Below are positions 1 to 18,383 of a stretch of 64,000 nt of DNA, piece after piece (positions within the stretch are counted from its first letter, which is position 1; the number at the start of each line of letters is the position of its first letter). The notes below the pieces were generated by a model, which saw only the letters and a list, made by a program, of their open reading frames with translations, did not search any database and had not been told where the DNA came from. The position numbers and the translations under genes were made by a program. Source of the DNA: the human T2T-CHM13v2.0 reference genome, Homo sapiens; NCBI RefSeq assembly GCF_009914755.1, contig NC_060926.1; one strand, 5' to 3'.

Positions 1-16
1 TATCATACAGAATCTC

Positions 17-120
17 AAGCTACAGAGAAATCTTTTGTGAATGAAGGAGTCAATTGATGCAGCAAACTTCATTGTTGTCTTATTTTAAGAAGTTGCCACA
101 GCCACTCCAGCCTTCAGCAT
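17..120 (+). mobile_element. Tigger1-like DNA transposon fragment
   Basis: Matches recalled Tigger1 motif GCTACAGAGAAATCTTT...CAAACTTCATTGTTGTCTTATTTTAAGAA.TTGCCACAGCCAC.CCA.CCTTCAGCA. Confidence 0.7.
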
Positions 121-631
121 GACATGAGTACATCAGAGAAAAACTGCTTGAAAAATTAAAGCCTATAAGAACTATAAAGCAGCTGGAGGGAGAAAGTTTA
201 CCTTAAGAGTGCAACAGTTAGATTCACAGCTGACTCGCAACAGAAGTCACCAAACAATTCTCCAAGCCCAAAGCTCTAGACCCAGGAAGAGAGCCTTCAA
301 AAATAAATGTAAAATAACTAATTATCTTGCAAATAAAAAAACTAAGATAATTTGTTACTTTAGAAGAAGCCCTACTCTAAAGAAAATACCAGAATGTTCT
401 CTGGGGAAAAAAGTGATTTTAAATGAAAGGTCAGAGGTACAGGAGACATGAAGATCAACGAAGATTAAATATGTGGTAGGTCTCAATCAATATTGACTGT
501 AGAAACAAAAATAATGATGTTTTATAGGTTCTAATATAATTAAAATACATGAAAATACTAATACATAAGTTGAGAGGGGATTAAGTATTCTTACTAAACA
601 CCTTGCAGTTTGGGAAGAGAGTAAGATGTTC

Positions 632-1172
632 TGTGTTGGGGGTACTCAAGACCACCCCAAGCTTCATTATATGCTAGGAGGACTCACATTACTCAGTATA
701 TAGATGTATTCATGGCTATGATTTATTACAGCAACAAAATATGAAGCAAAATCAGCAAAGGGAAAAGGTACATAAGGTAAAGTCTGGAGGAAACAGGGTT
801 CCAAAAGTCCTTTTCCAGTGGAATCACACAAGATGTGCTTAATTTCAATGAATTGTGACACCTATAAAATGTTGTCTACCAGGGAAGCTCATTAAAGACT
901 CAGTGCCCAAGGATTTTACTGGGGGATGGTCATGTAGTTGCCCTCTGCCTAGCACATACTGTAGCTCCAGGCTGTCAGGGAGCAGCAATTCAACATAAAC
1001 CACATTGTTTGTATAGCAGTTTTAGTATAGTGAGGCACTCATCATTTCTGGAAATGGTGGGAACCCCCACCCCAAAATCACAAGTTCCTAGTTACCAGCC
1101 AGGGGCCAACCTTGCAAGCAGGTCTTTCTAAGGATGGCAGTCTTAGGCCTGCTACTTTAACCCTTTTTCTAC
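632..1172. mobile_element. MER21-like ERV LTR
   Basis: TGTTGGGGGT..CAAGACCACCCC start and AGGCCTGCTA..TTAAC.CTTTT.CTACA end resemble the MER21 family. Confidence 0.55.
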
Positions 1173-1246
1173 ATATGTGCCAGTTGATATCAGAACAACG
1201 AATCCATGTTGTAAATCTGGGGGCAACTACTAAAAGAACAATTTTC

Positions 1247-1568
<322 letters not shown>

Positions 1569-1586
1569 CCTAAAAGAACAATTTTC

Positions 1587-1910
1587 AAAAGCATGCAGAA
1601 AGTGAAGTTGGACCTTTACCTTACACCATATCCAAAAATCAACTAAAATGAATCAACAACTTAAACATAAGAGTTAAAATTATAAAACTCTTAGAAGAAA
1701 ACGGTGGAAAACTTTTGCAGTATTGGATTTAGCACTGATTTGGATATGACAACAAAAGCATGGACAACAAAAGAAGATACATATATTAGACTTCATCAAA
1801 ATCAAGAACTTGAACATCAAAGGACACTATCAAAAGAGTGAAAAGGCAGCCCATAGAATGAGAAAATATTTATAAATCATATATCTGATAAGGGGTTAAT
1901 ACCCAGAATA
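1587..1910 (+). mobile_element. Old L1M ORF2 3' fragment
   Basis: GAAGTTGGACCTTTACCTTACACCATAT..., TTAGACTTCATCAAAAT and ATATCTGATAAGGGGTTAATA are L1 ORF2 C-terminal motifs. Confidence 0.75.
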
Positions 1911-2210
1911 GGCTGGGGAGGGGGTGGCTCACGCCAGTAATCCCAACACTTTGGGAGGAAGGCAAATCGCTTGATGCCAGGAATCCAAAACCAGCCTGGG
2001 CAACATGGTGAAACCCCATCTCCACAAAAAATACGAAAATTAGCCGAGCATGATAGCACATACCTATAGTCCTAGCTACTCAGGAGGCTGAAGTGAAGGA
2101 TCCCTTGAGCCTGGGAGGCAGAAGTTTCAGTGAGCTGAGATTACACCGCTGCACTCCAGTCTGGGTGATAGAGCAAGACTCTATCTCAAAAAAAAAAAAA
2201 AAAAAAAAAA
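1911..2210 (+). mobile_element. AluJ-type element
   Basis: Diverged Alu dimer with A23 tail. Confidence 0.9.
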
Positions 2211-3590
2211 GGGCACACGGCACATAGACCAATGGAACAGAATAGAAACCTCAGAAAATAATGCACACTTGTAACAATCTGATCTTCAACGAAGTCAACA
2301 AAAACAAGCAATGGAGAAAGGACTCCCTATTCAATAAATGGTGCTGGGATAACTGGTTAGCCATATGCAGAAGACTGAAACTAGACCCCTTCCTTATACC
2401 ATATACAAAAGTCAACTCAACATGGATTAAAGACTTAAGTGTACAGCCTAAAACTTATAAAAACCCTTGAAGAAAACCTAAGAATTACCATTCTGGACAG
2501 TAGGACAATTACATTCTGGCCAAGATTTCATGATGAAGATGCCAAAAGCAATTACAACAAAAAAATTGACAAATGGGACCTAATTAAACTAAAGAGCTTG
2601 TGCACAGCAAAAGAAACTATCAACAGAGTAAACAGATAACCCACAGAATATGAGAAAATATTTGCAAACTATGTATCTGACAAAGGTCTAATATGCAGAA
2701 TCTGTAAGGAACTTAAATTAACAAGAAAAAAATAACCCCATTAAAAAATGGGTGAAGGACATGAACAGACATTTGTCTCAAAAGAATACATTCACGTGGC
2801 CAACAAGCATATGAAAAAATGCTCAGTATCACTAATCATTGGAGAAATGCAAGTCAAAACCACAAGATACCATCTTATACCACCCAGAATGGCTATTACT
2901 AAATAAAGTCAAAAAATAACAGATGCTAACAAGGTTGTAGAGAAAAGGGAATGCCTATGCACTGTTGGTGGGAATGTAAATTAGTTCAGTCATTGTGGAA
3001 AGCAGTTTGGTGATTTCTCAAAGAACTTAAAACAGAACTACCATTCGGGCCAGCAATCCCATTGTTGAGTATATGCCCAAAGGAATGTAAATCATTGTAC
3101 CATAAAGACACATGCATGTGCATATTTATCACAGCACTATTCACAATAGCAGAGACATGAAATCAACCTAAATGCCCATCCGTGGTAGACTGGATAAAGA
3201 TAAGTGTATATATACACCATGGAGTACTATGCAGCCATAAAAAAGAATGAGATGATGTGCTTTGCAGCAGTATGGATGGAGCTAGAGGCCGTTATCCTAA
3301 GCAAACTAATGCAGGAACAGAAAACCAAATACCACGTGATCTTACTTATAAATGGCAGCTAAACTTTGAGTACACATGGACAAAGAAGGGAACAGCAGAC
3401 ACTGCAGCCTACTTAATGTTAGACGGTAGGAGGAGGGTGAGGATCAAAACACTACCTATCTGGTACCACGCTTATTACCTGGATGATGAAATAATCTATA
3501 CACTAAACCCTGCAACATGTAATTTATCTATATCGATATAACGAACCTGCACATATGCCCCTGAAACTAAAACAGAAGTTTAAAATAAAA
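2211..3590 (+). mobile_element. 5'-truncated older primate L1 (L1PA15/16 or L1PB-like): ORF2 end plus 3' UTR
   Basis: ORF fragment with [25 protein letters not shown]; L1 3' UTR ending in an A-rich tail. Confidence 0.85.
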
Positions 3591-3838
3591 TATCTGATTT
3601 TTCTTTATTAAAATGAAATAAAATGAGAGGCATGTGAAAGAAATATGAGTTAAAATGATTGCTAGATACAAAGACAAGACACAAAAATTAATTGCAATTC
3701 TCACTATCCATGATGTAAGAAAAATGAAATTTGTTAAAAGATATTCTAGTACCATTAGAAACAATCAAGTGTCTAGGAATGTACTTAACAAAAGATACTC
3801 AACAATCATTGTTGATTTCTCCTTTCTTTTGATTCTAG

Positions 3839-4810
3839 AACTTCCTTGGAAAGTGTGTTTCCTCCTTCAGAGAATGTTCTACAGCACTTAGGAAAAAGTA
3901 GTAATAACAAGATGATGTAATTAAATAGGCTCTATAAATGGGCTAAGCTGTTAAAATATTCTACTTTATATCCCTCCTTTAAAATCTAGCAACAGTTGTC
4001 TATACAATATTAAGATCTTCTCTATATATTTAAAGTTAAAATATAATTTTTAATAAGTTTTTAAATTTTTTTATTTCAATTTTGTTACTTAGAACATTAA
4101 GATGCATATTTGTGATCTAAAGAAATTGTCTTGTCCATTTTAAAAACCTTTATTAAGTCACTTTTAAAATGTATTGACCAAGAAGGAGGTTTGTTGTTAC
4201 ATCAATGTTTGTGAAATGATTTCCATACATAAAAAATGTAATTTACCTGAACTTTGTCTTAAGACTCTTACATTGGATTATAGGATAACAGATAAATAAA
4301 CTGTATAGATACATTCAGTATCATACAACATTTTGGAATGTGTATGCTTTCAGGCTTCCAAGATAATTAAATTACTGTCATGATACATTTCATGCATTTT
4401 TTATGACTTCAGTATAAAACATTCAGGTGTGTTAGCCTTCCCTGGGAAGGGTAAACTTGTATGTGCTTTGGTAAAGTACTTAAATTCCAATGTTCCCTAT
4501 AGTGCTTGCATTCATTTTGTGAAAAGTTTTGTTGTATTGTTAGAACAATTTTCAAAGGCTGATTTTATGCCTTATCTGATAGAAATATAGAATAGATAGT
4601 TCTTTAATTGCTTACTTTTTAAAAGTAATATAATATTTAAGTTGCATTTTTATTAATAGTAAGATTAACATTTAAGTCTGCATTTTCTTTAAATGTTTTA
4701 AATGTTTATAGCATTCAATGTGTAGTTGGATTTACTTGACTAAAAATTAGCCCTTTAACGTTTATATTTGTTGTATTTATATTTAATAAAGGCATCTAAT
4801 CTTTAGTACC
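3839..4810 (+). other. RBM44: Probable terminal (3' UTR) exon of the upstream gene RBM44
   Basis: Pyrimidine tract plus TAG acceptor at 3836-3838; ~1 kb unique AU-rich sequence; AATAAA at 4785-4790 followed by U/GU-rich sequence. Gene identity is from recalled RBM44-RAMP1 adjacency on 2q37.3, not from protein sequence. Confidence 0.6.
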
Positions 4811-4881
4811 ACTGTGAATTTAATGCTTTCTTCAGGTTCAGTGGCATTTTCTTTTTTGTTTTTCCAGAATAACAAATATTC

Positions 4882-5462
4882 TTTATTTATTTTATTTATT
4901 TTAATTGCCAGATAGTAGTTGTACATATTCATGGGGCACGTAGTAATGTTTTCATATACATAATGCATTTTAATCAAATCAGAGTAGTTAGCATATTTAT
5001 CATCTCAAACATTTATCATTTGTTTGTCTTGGGAACATTCAATATCCCACTTGTAGCTATGTGAAATTATATATTATTGTTAACTATAGCCATCCTATAG
5101 TGGTACAGAAAGCTAGAACTCATTCCTCCTATGTAGCTGTGATTTTGTATCCTTAAACAAATCTCTCCCTATCTTCCCCTTCCCAGTCTTTAGTATCCTT
5201 TGTTCTACCTTTTATTTCTATGATATCAACTTTTCTTTAGCTTCCACATGAGTAAGAACATACAGTGTTTAACTTTCTGTTCCTGGCTTATTTCACTTAA
5301 CATAATGTCTGCTAGTTCCATCCATTGCCACAAATGACAGGATTCATTCTTTTTTATGGCCGAATAGTATTCCACTGTGTATATATATCACATTTTATTT
5401 ATCCATTCATCTTTGTTGGACACTTAGTTTAACTTCATATCTTGCCTGTTGTGAATAGTGCC
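4882..5462 (-). mobile_element. Old L1MA-like 3' end (possibly transduced by the adjacent L1PA)
   Basis: L1MA-type 3' UTR motifs (TTGTACATATTCATGGGG, CTCAAACATTTATCATTT) and a degenerate (TTTA)n tail. Confidence 0.75.
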
Positions 5463-5681
5463 ATACCACTCTTTTTTTTTATACTTTAAGTTCTAGGGTA
5501 CGTGTGCACAACATGCAGGTTTCTTACATATGTATACATGTGCCATGTTGGTGTGCTGCACCTGTTAACTCATCATTTACATTAGGTATATCTCTTAATG
5601 CTATCCTTCTCCCCTCCCCCTACCCCACGACTGGCCCCGGTGTGTGATGTTCCCCACCCTGTGTCCAAGTGTTCTCATTGT

Positions 5682-9498
<3,817 letters not shown>

Positions 9499-9561
9499 TA
9501 TGATGTTAGCTGGTTATTTTGCTCATTAGTTGATGCAGTTTCTTCCTAGCATTGATGGTCT

Positions 9562-10576
9562 TTACAATTTGGCATGTTTTTGCCATGGCTGGTACCGGTT
9601 GTTCCTTTCCATGTTTAGTTCTTCCTTCAGGAGCTCCTGTAAGGCAGGCCTGGTGGCGACAGAATCTCTCAGCATTTGTTTGTCTGTAAAGGATTTTATT
9701 TCTCCTTCACATATGAAGCTTAGTTTGGCTGGATATGAAATTCTGGGTTGAAAATTCTTTTCTTTAAGAATGTTGAATGTTGGCCCCGACTCTCTTCTGG
9801 CTTGTAGAGTTTCTGCCAAGAGATCTGCTGTTAATCTCATGGGCTTCCCTTTGTGGGTAACCTGACCTTTCTTTCTGGCTGCCCTTAACATTTTTTCCTT
9901 CATTTCAACTTTGGTGAGTCTGACAATTATGTGTCTTGGAGTTGCTCTTCTTGAGGAGTATTTTTGTGGCGTTCTTTGTATTTCCTGAATTTGAGTGTTG
10001 ACCTGCCTCGCTAGGTTGGGGAAGTTCTCCTGGATAATATCCTGAAGAGTGTTTTCCAACTTGGTTCCATTCTCCCCATCACTTTCAGGTACACCAATCA
10101 GATGTAGATTTGGTCTTTTCACATAGTCCCATATTTCTTGGAGGCTTTGTTCATTTCTTTTTACTCTTTTTTCTCTAAACTTCTCTTCTCACTTCATTTC
10201 ATTTATTTGATCTTCAATCACTGATACCCTTTCTTCCACTTGATCAAATCGGCTACTGAAGCTTGTGCATGCATCCGTAGTTCTCGTGCCTTACTGTCAG
10301 ATCATTTAAGGACTTCTCTACACTGTTTATTCTAGTTAGCCATTCATCTAATCTTTTTTCAAGGTTTTTAGCTTCTTTGTGATGAGTTCGAACATCCTCC
10401 CTTAGCTCAGAGAAGTTTGTTTTTACTGATCGTCTGAAGCCATCTTCTCTCAACTCATCAAAGTCATTCTCTGTCCAGCTCTGTTCCATTGCTGGCGAGG
10501 AGCTGCATTCCTTTGGAGGACAAGAGGCGCTCTGATTTTTAGAATTTTCAGCTTTTCTGCTCTGGTTTCTCCCCAT
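9562..10576 (-). pseudogene. L1 ORF1p, disrupted
   Basis: MGRNQSRKAENSK... (10576-10253) and ...KRPNLHLIGVPE...QKHAKL (10122-9562) appear as separate ORFs. Confidence 0.93.
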
Positions 10577-11793
10577 CTTTGTAGTTTTATCTACCTTTGG
10601 TCTTTGATGATGGTGACGTACAGATGGGGTTTTGGTGTGGATGTCCTTTCTGTTTGTTAGTTTTCCTTGTAACAGTCAGGGCCCTCAGCTGCAGGTCTGT
10701 TGGAGTTTGCTGGAGGTCCCCTCCAGGCCCTGTTTGCCTGGGTATTACCAGCAGATGCTGCAGCAAACATTGCAGAATGGCAGATGTTGCTGCCTGATCC
10801 TGTGTCTGGAAGCTTCGTCTCAGAGGGGCACCCGGCTGTATGAGGTGTCAGTCAGCCCCTACCAGGAGGTGTCTCCCAGTTAGACTACTCGGGGGTCAGG
10901 GACCCACTTGAAGAGGCAGTCTGTCCATTCTCAGATCTCAAACTCCATGCTGGGAGAACCACTACTCTCTTCAAAGCTGTCAGACAGGGATGTTTAAGTC
11001 TGCAGAAGTTTCTGCTGCCTTTTATTCAGCTATGCCCTGCCCACAGAGGTGGAGTCTACAGAGGCAGGCAAGCCTCCTTGAGCTGCGGTGGGCTCCGCCC
11101 AGTTCGAGGTTCCTGGCCACTTTGTTTACCTACTCAAGCCTCAGCAATGGCGGATGCCCCTTCCCAGCCTCGCTGCCGCCTGGCAGTTCAATCTCAGACT
11201 GTTGCGCTAGCAGTGAGTGAGGCTCCATGGGCGTGAGACCCTCTGAGCTAGGTACGGGATATAATCTCCTGGTGTGCCGTTTGCTAAGGCCTTTGGAAAA
11301 GCGCAGTATTAGGGTGGGAGTGTCCCGATTTTCCAGGTATCGTCTGTCATGGCTTCCCTTTGCTAGGAAAGGGAATTCCCTGACCCCTTGCACTTTCCAG
11401 GTGAGGCGATGCCCCACCCTGCTCCGTGGGCTGCACCCACTGTCTGACAAGCCCCAGTGAGATGAACCCGGTGCCTCAGTTGGAAATGCAAAAATCACCC
11501 ATCTTCTGTGTTGCTTACGCTGGGAGCTGCAGACTACAGCTATTCCTATTCAGCCATCTTGGAACCTCCATCTGGCATTTTCCAAGTATAATTTAGCCTA
11601 CCAGTGTTGACATGGAATATACATGAATGGTAAGGCAATATATCAAATGACTGGATTTCAAATGTTTCCTCTTTTATGGGATTTATAAAAGAATTGAATA
11701 TATTTGAGAATAAGGTTTTATTTCATATATTAATTTGTCTCCAGTTATTATCAGATCCACTCAAAATGTCCACCAGGAATTGGGTTCCAAAAA

Positions 11794-11794
<1 letters not shown>

Positions 11795-11831
<37 letters not shown>
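11795..11831. repeat. (TAA)12 microsatellite
   Basis: Direct inspection. Confidence 0.95.
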
Positions 11832-12194
11832 TTAAAAGGACTATATTTGATGAAACACAAAAATCATTGGCTTTAGCCATATATCAAATTAGTAAAATCC
11901 TAATTTTACTAATTAAATTACTAATTAAATTTTACTAAAATTATGGATATTTTTCCTGTATGTTAATTTTATGGTTATTTATATTAAAAGGCTACATTCA
12001 GAGCATTGAATAAAGTAGCAACATGGAATAGGTGTTATTTTCAACATACCCATAGAAATAAGAAGCATACCTCTAATCATTTGTTTCCCAGAGGAATGAT
12101 GAAGTGGAATTCCATTCTAGAATACATAGAGACAAAATTACTGCCTTTGATTTGGGGAAAATATAGAAAGAGTCACTTGAAATTCTAATTTTCA

Positions 12195-12942
<748 letters not shown>

Positions 12943-13646
12943 CTAACTTTCAGGTTTTTTGAAGTAAAGTCCTATCCAAAAGCTAAAGGTAAAGATCAGG
13001 CAGCTTTCGTAAATTAAAGGGCTTTCAGCTGTGACCAGTAAATTGCTAGCTGTTACGAAGCTTCCCAAGTTAAATTTAGAAACTAGAGTTATTTTTCATG
13101 AATCTTTTGGAACCTCAAGTGAAAAATCTCTGTTTATCTTATTCTGTAAAATCTCTAACTTGATATTAGATAATTGGATAAAATTATTGTAGAATTTTAA
13201 AAGACTGGTCAAATTGTCCCAAGTTTTCATAGATCTTCACTAGCAAAAATTTAGATAATTTAACATACATTAGTGCTCAAAATCAATTTTCTTTCACACT
13301 GTTGTATTAGATACCAAAGAGCACTTAGCTATATCAACTAGAATATATAGATAATTAATATGTTTGGAGATAACCAGAGATTTGGAAAATTGTAAATACC
13401 ATAAGACAATCAGCAAAAACAGTGGAACTAAAAATTCCCAATTGGCTCTGCCTGATGCCAATCTATACTGGTCAAAGGAGATACTATGTGTGACTCAGAA
13501 GCTCAATGTAACAGGTAATTTCTCTTTTAAAAAATAGATCTCAACCAGTAATCTCTATACATGGGCTTAAGTACTGCTTTTTCAGTATTGACATTGTTAT
13601 GTATTATCAAATACATATGTGGCACGTAGTAGTAACATATTTTAAC

Positions 13647-14644
<998 letters not shown>

Positions 14645-15709
14645 TGGTTCATCTTTAATATCAGCTATTTAAGAGGGTCTGAAGGGCTTTCTTTAAAGCT
14701 TTACTGCACAGGCCTAGAGTGAAGCATTTACCATGGTGTATGGCGCAGTCAAGGTTTGCTGCTGCTGCTGGTGGTAGTGCTGTCATCTAGCAGTGTGTCA
14801 TGGTGCATCTTTGTTAGTAACCTTACCCTGACTTTGTTGTAATAATCTGTTGTTTTACTTCATTCTTTCTTAATTTATTTTTATTCCTCTTCTATTAATG
14901 TCTGTAACCTGCTTCAGTATTTATTAGAATAAGGCAGACCATAGGTTGGCTTGCTAGTCAGGGGACACGTGATTGCAAATAATAGAAACATAAACTAGCA
15001 AAAGTACAAGAAAATGGAAATGAACGTACATAGTTGAATACTCCAGAAATGAATTCAGGTGAAGCTGGATATGCTTTCTTCTGGGTTGGCATCAGGCTCC
15101 GCACACATAAGGGCAAAGATGGTCGCTAACAGGTTTATCTAATTTATGTAATTCTCTGAGTTACTAATTCGAGGAAAAAAATCGTGTAACTCCAGCAAAA
15201 CCCCGGGGAAGACTCTGATGATAGGCCTGGGCTCCACAAACACCCATGAAGTGAAGAGTGGCCAGAGAACAGGAAACCTGATTCTCCAGTGAGAAGCAGA
15301 ATAAGCAGGAGGCATTTTTCCCTCATTTTATAATACAAAGGCTTTGTTATACAGACTTTAATTATGTTTGTATACATAAACATATGCCGATATATATGTA
15401 TACCTACATTCACAGTAAAGTCACTAGCTTTGGCTTTCTAAATGCTTCCAACACTGTCAGATGCTTCAGATGTGAAGGATTTGTTTATGCCTCTCTCAAA
15501 CACTCACATTACCCTGAGTAATTAGGAATGGTTCCAGTGTTCACTAAGAATTACTGGGAAGTAGGAACACAGGCAATGTTAAGAGTTGGGTATATGACTG
15601 CTTATTTGACCTTTTAATTTAGGAGTAGTTTTATTGCTAATATATTAGGTATATACGATCTTTTTATTTAGTCTAAAATATAGTCTATATAAGTCTTATA
15701 TAAGTCTAA

Positions 15710-17225
15710 AATAGTTTTAGACTTACAGAAAAGTTGCAAAAAATACCATAGGAAGTTAATGTCTGCCATTCATTCCACTTCCCCTAATGTTAACAACTCC
15801 TGTAACCATAGTAAAATTATCAAAACTAAGAAATTAACACTGGTGCAATGCTATTAACCACAAATCTTACTCATTTTTACCAATTTTCTTCCTAATGTTC
15901 TTTTTCTGTTTTAGGATCCGATCCAGTAGCCCACACTGCATTTAGTTATTGTGCTTTCTTCATCCTCCATCCTTCATCTGTGACAGTTCCTCAGTATTTT
16001 CTTGAGTTTCATGACTATTGTCATGGTAGTGAATTGTTTTATCTTGACATTTGATGAGTATTAATTGGTTATTTTGTAGATTACCTCTTAATTTGGATGT
16101 ATCTGATGTTTTCTCATGATTAGATTGAGCTATACGTTTTTATGAGTACCACAGAAATAACGTCTCTTTCTTAGCACATCATACCTGGGGATAATATCTT
16201 TTACAGGTGATGTTATCCTTGATCACTTGGTTCAGGTGGCTTCTGCTGGGTTCCTGCACTATGAGGTTAATGGTTTTCCTTTGTAATTGAAGGAGCTCTT
16301 TGAGAGTACACAAATATGCTGCTCCTGAAACATTTGGTCACTGGTTCTAGTATTCGTCAAATCTTGGCTGAAACAGTTATTCTTGTGGTGTTTGCTTAAT
16401 GATGATTTTGTGTGTCTCTCATCCCTTCTATATTTATTACTTGGAATTTTTCTGTAAGGAGGAGCCACACCTTGTCCCCTGTTTATTCAGTGTTTTATAT
16501 CAGTATGCACTCGATGTTTATTTTGTTCTGTGCATTACAATAGTGTTCTTTTCTTACTTCGTTGCTCACATTATTCCAGCATTAGCCATTAGGAGCTTCT
16601 TCAGGTTGGGGTCTGTGTCCTTTTGAAAAACCCATTCTTTTTTAAGTACTTATTTTCTGGCATCACAGGATATTTTTGGCTCATCTTGTACATTCCCTGC
16701 CCCAGCACTGGACTCCACCACTTCAACAAGCTGTTTCCTTTTATTGGAGAATAGTATTTAGAAACGAAGACCTGGTCAGGAGGTTTGCTTGTTGCTGTTG
16801 GAGTTGGTCTTAGGCTCTCTCGGTAGATATAGCTGGGAAATATGTGCGTGTGTATTAATCCAAGCAAACAGACACACTTGTATTTTGTCCCTGTATTTAC
16901 AGCTAGTCATCAGCACCATATATCTGTGTGTGTTCATACTGATACTTTGAATTTCTGTCCCTTATTTCTACCTTATACCAATAGTGAGAAAACTGGCTCA
17001 CGTTATTCACAATTTATTTATGTATTTATTTGCTCAATCCTACTATACACGTAAAGTCATTACAGCGTTGCTAAACCATGGCCCTGTAAGAAACAGATTT
17101 ACTAACTGGAGTACGTCATTTGTGTACAGTTCTTTTGTCTTTTGCTCTTTTGTCTAAATGTGCTTAGGTTATGTCTTTTATTCCTGATCCACCCAGGGTG
17201 GCTATGTTACACATTTGTAATATAG
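15710..17225 (-). mobile_element. Old L1MC/MD 3' region
   Basis: TTTTAGACTTACAGAAAAGTTGCAAAA, AAACTAAGAAATTAACA and TTATTGGAGAAT.GTATTTAGAAAC.AAGA motifs. Confidence 0.7.
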
Positions 17226-18086
17226 TCTCCTAGAGGTTAGGGGTTCCTTCAGTTTGTATGTCTGACATTTCATGTCCCGGTTTTCTGCAGTAGCTCTAGA
17301 TGGACTTGTCTCTTGTTTGTCTCTATGGTATTGGGGTATTTTAAATTTTTCACGTCTAGAGTGTTAAGAGTTCGTCTTTCTGGAGATTGTTTCATATCAC
17401 CCGTAGGCCTGTTCATCAGCCTCCCTCTTGGCTCCACGATTTTTCTCAGTCTGCCTTTGCTCACACTAAGCATGTGGCTGGCTGAGGGTAGTATAGGAGT
17501 GTGAGTTGTGTAGTGGGATTTGGTGGGAATTTTTTCCCTGTTACTCAGCTCCTTTGCAGTTGGAAAATTCTCCAAGTAATGCTGAGGACAGTTTTATATA
17601 GAATTTATTTTTCACTTCTTGTTTTTTGTTTGTTTTGTTTCTTGGGGGAATAGGGGAGATAGGCAACTTCTGTTCTCAGCTACTTGCAAGTGTTTTGGTT
17701 TTAACAGTGGGACTTCCTGCAGGACTTGAAAAATTGATAGTTGATGAACCTGAGTTCCCTGAGATACTGCTGTTTTTGTTAGTGTTTATCCAGCAATTGC
17801 ACGATTTAAACAACTCACAGAACTAAGTTGTTATTGCTTATAAGCATGTTATCTTCAGAACCACTGATTCATTATTGATAATGATTGAAGTTCAGCCTTT
17901 AAATTGCAGGCCTGATAGTGAGGACACCAGTGGAGTCTTCCCCTTCATATCAGCAAGTTATTGAAAAACTATCTGTAGAATATTTGATGCTTTTTTCCTT
18001 CCAGTACTTAAAAACGTTCCATTGTATTCTGGTGGCATTATATCCCATGAGAACTCTTCTGTCACCCTTACCTGTGTTTTGTACAT

Positions 18087-18383
18087 CAGCAGTCCCTAGC
18101 CTTTTTGGCACCAGGGACTGGTTTTGTGGAAGACAATTTTTCCATGGGGTGAGAGGGGGATGGTTTAGGGATGAAACGGTTCCACCTCAGATCATCATTC
18201 TCATAAGAAGTGCAACCTAGATCCCTTGCATGAACAGTTCACGGTAGGGTTAGATCAGCTACTGCTGATCTAACAAGATGCGGACCTCAGCTTCACTAGC
18301 TCACCCGCTGCTCACCTCCTGCTGTGAGGCCAGGTTCCTAACAGGCCATGATCTGGTACTCCTGTGGGGTTGGGGGACCCCTG
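18087..18383 (+). mobile_element. MER1-type hAT-Charlie DNA transposon
   Basis: CAGCAGTCCC..CCTTTTTGGCACCAGGGAC start and GGTTGGGGGACCCCTG end (terminal inverted repeats). Confidence 0.85.

Noticed and set aside
1911-3590. Alu fused directly to a truncated L1 as a single chimeric retrotranscript
   Set aside because: No shared TSD found around the pair; independent insertion or later deletion explains it equally well.
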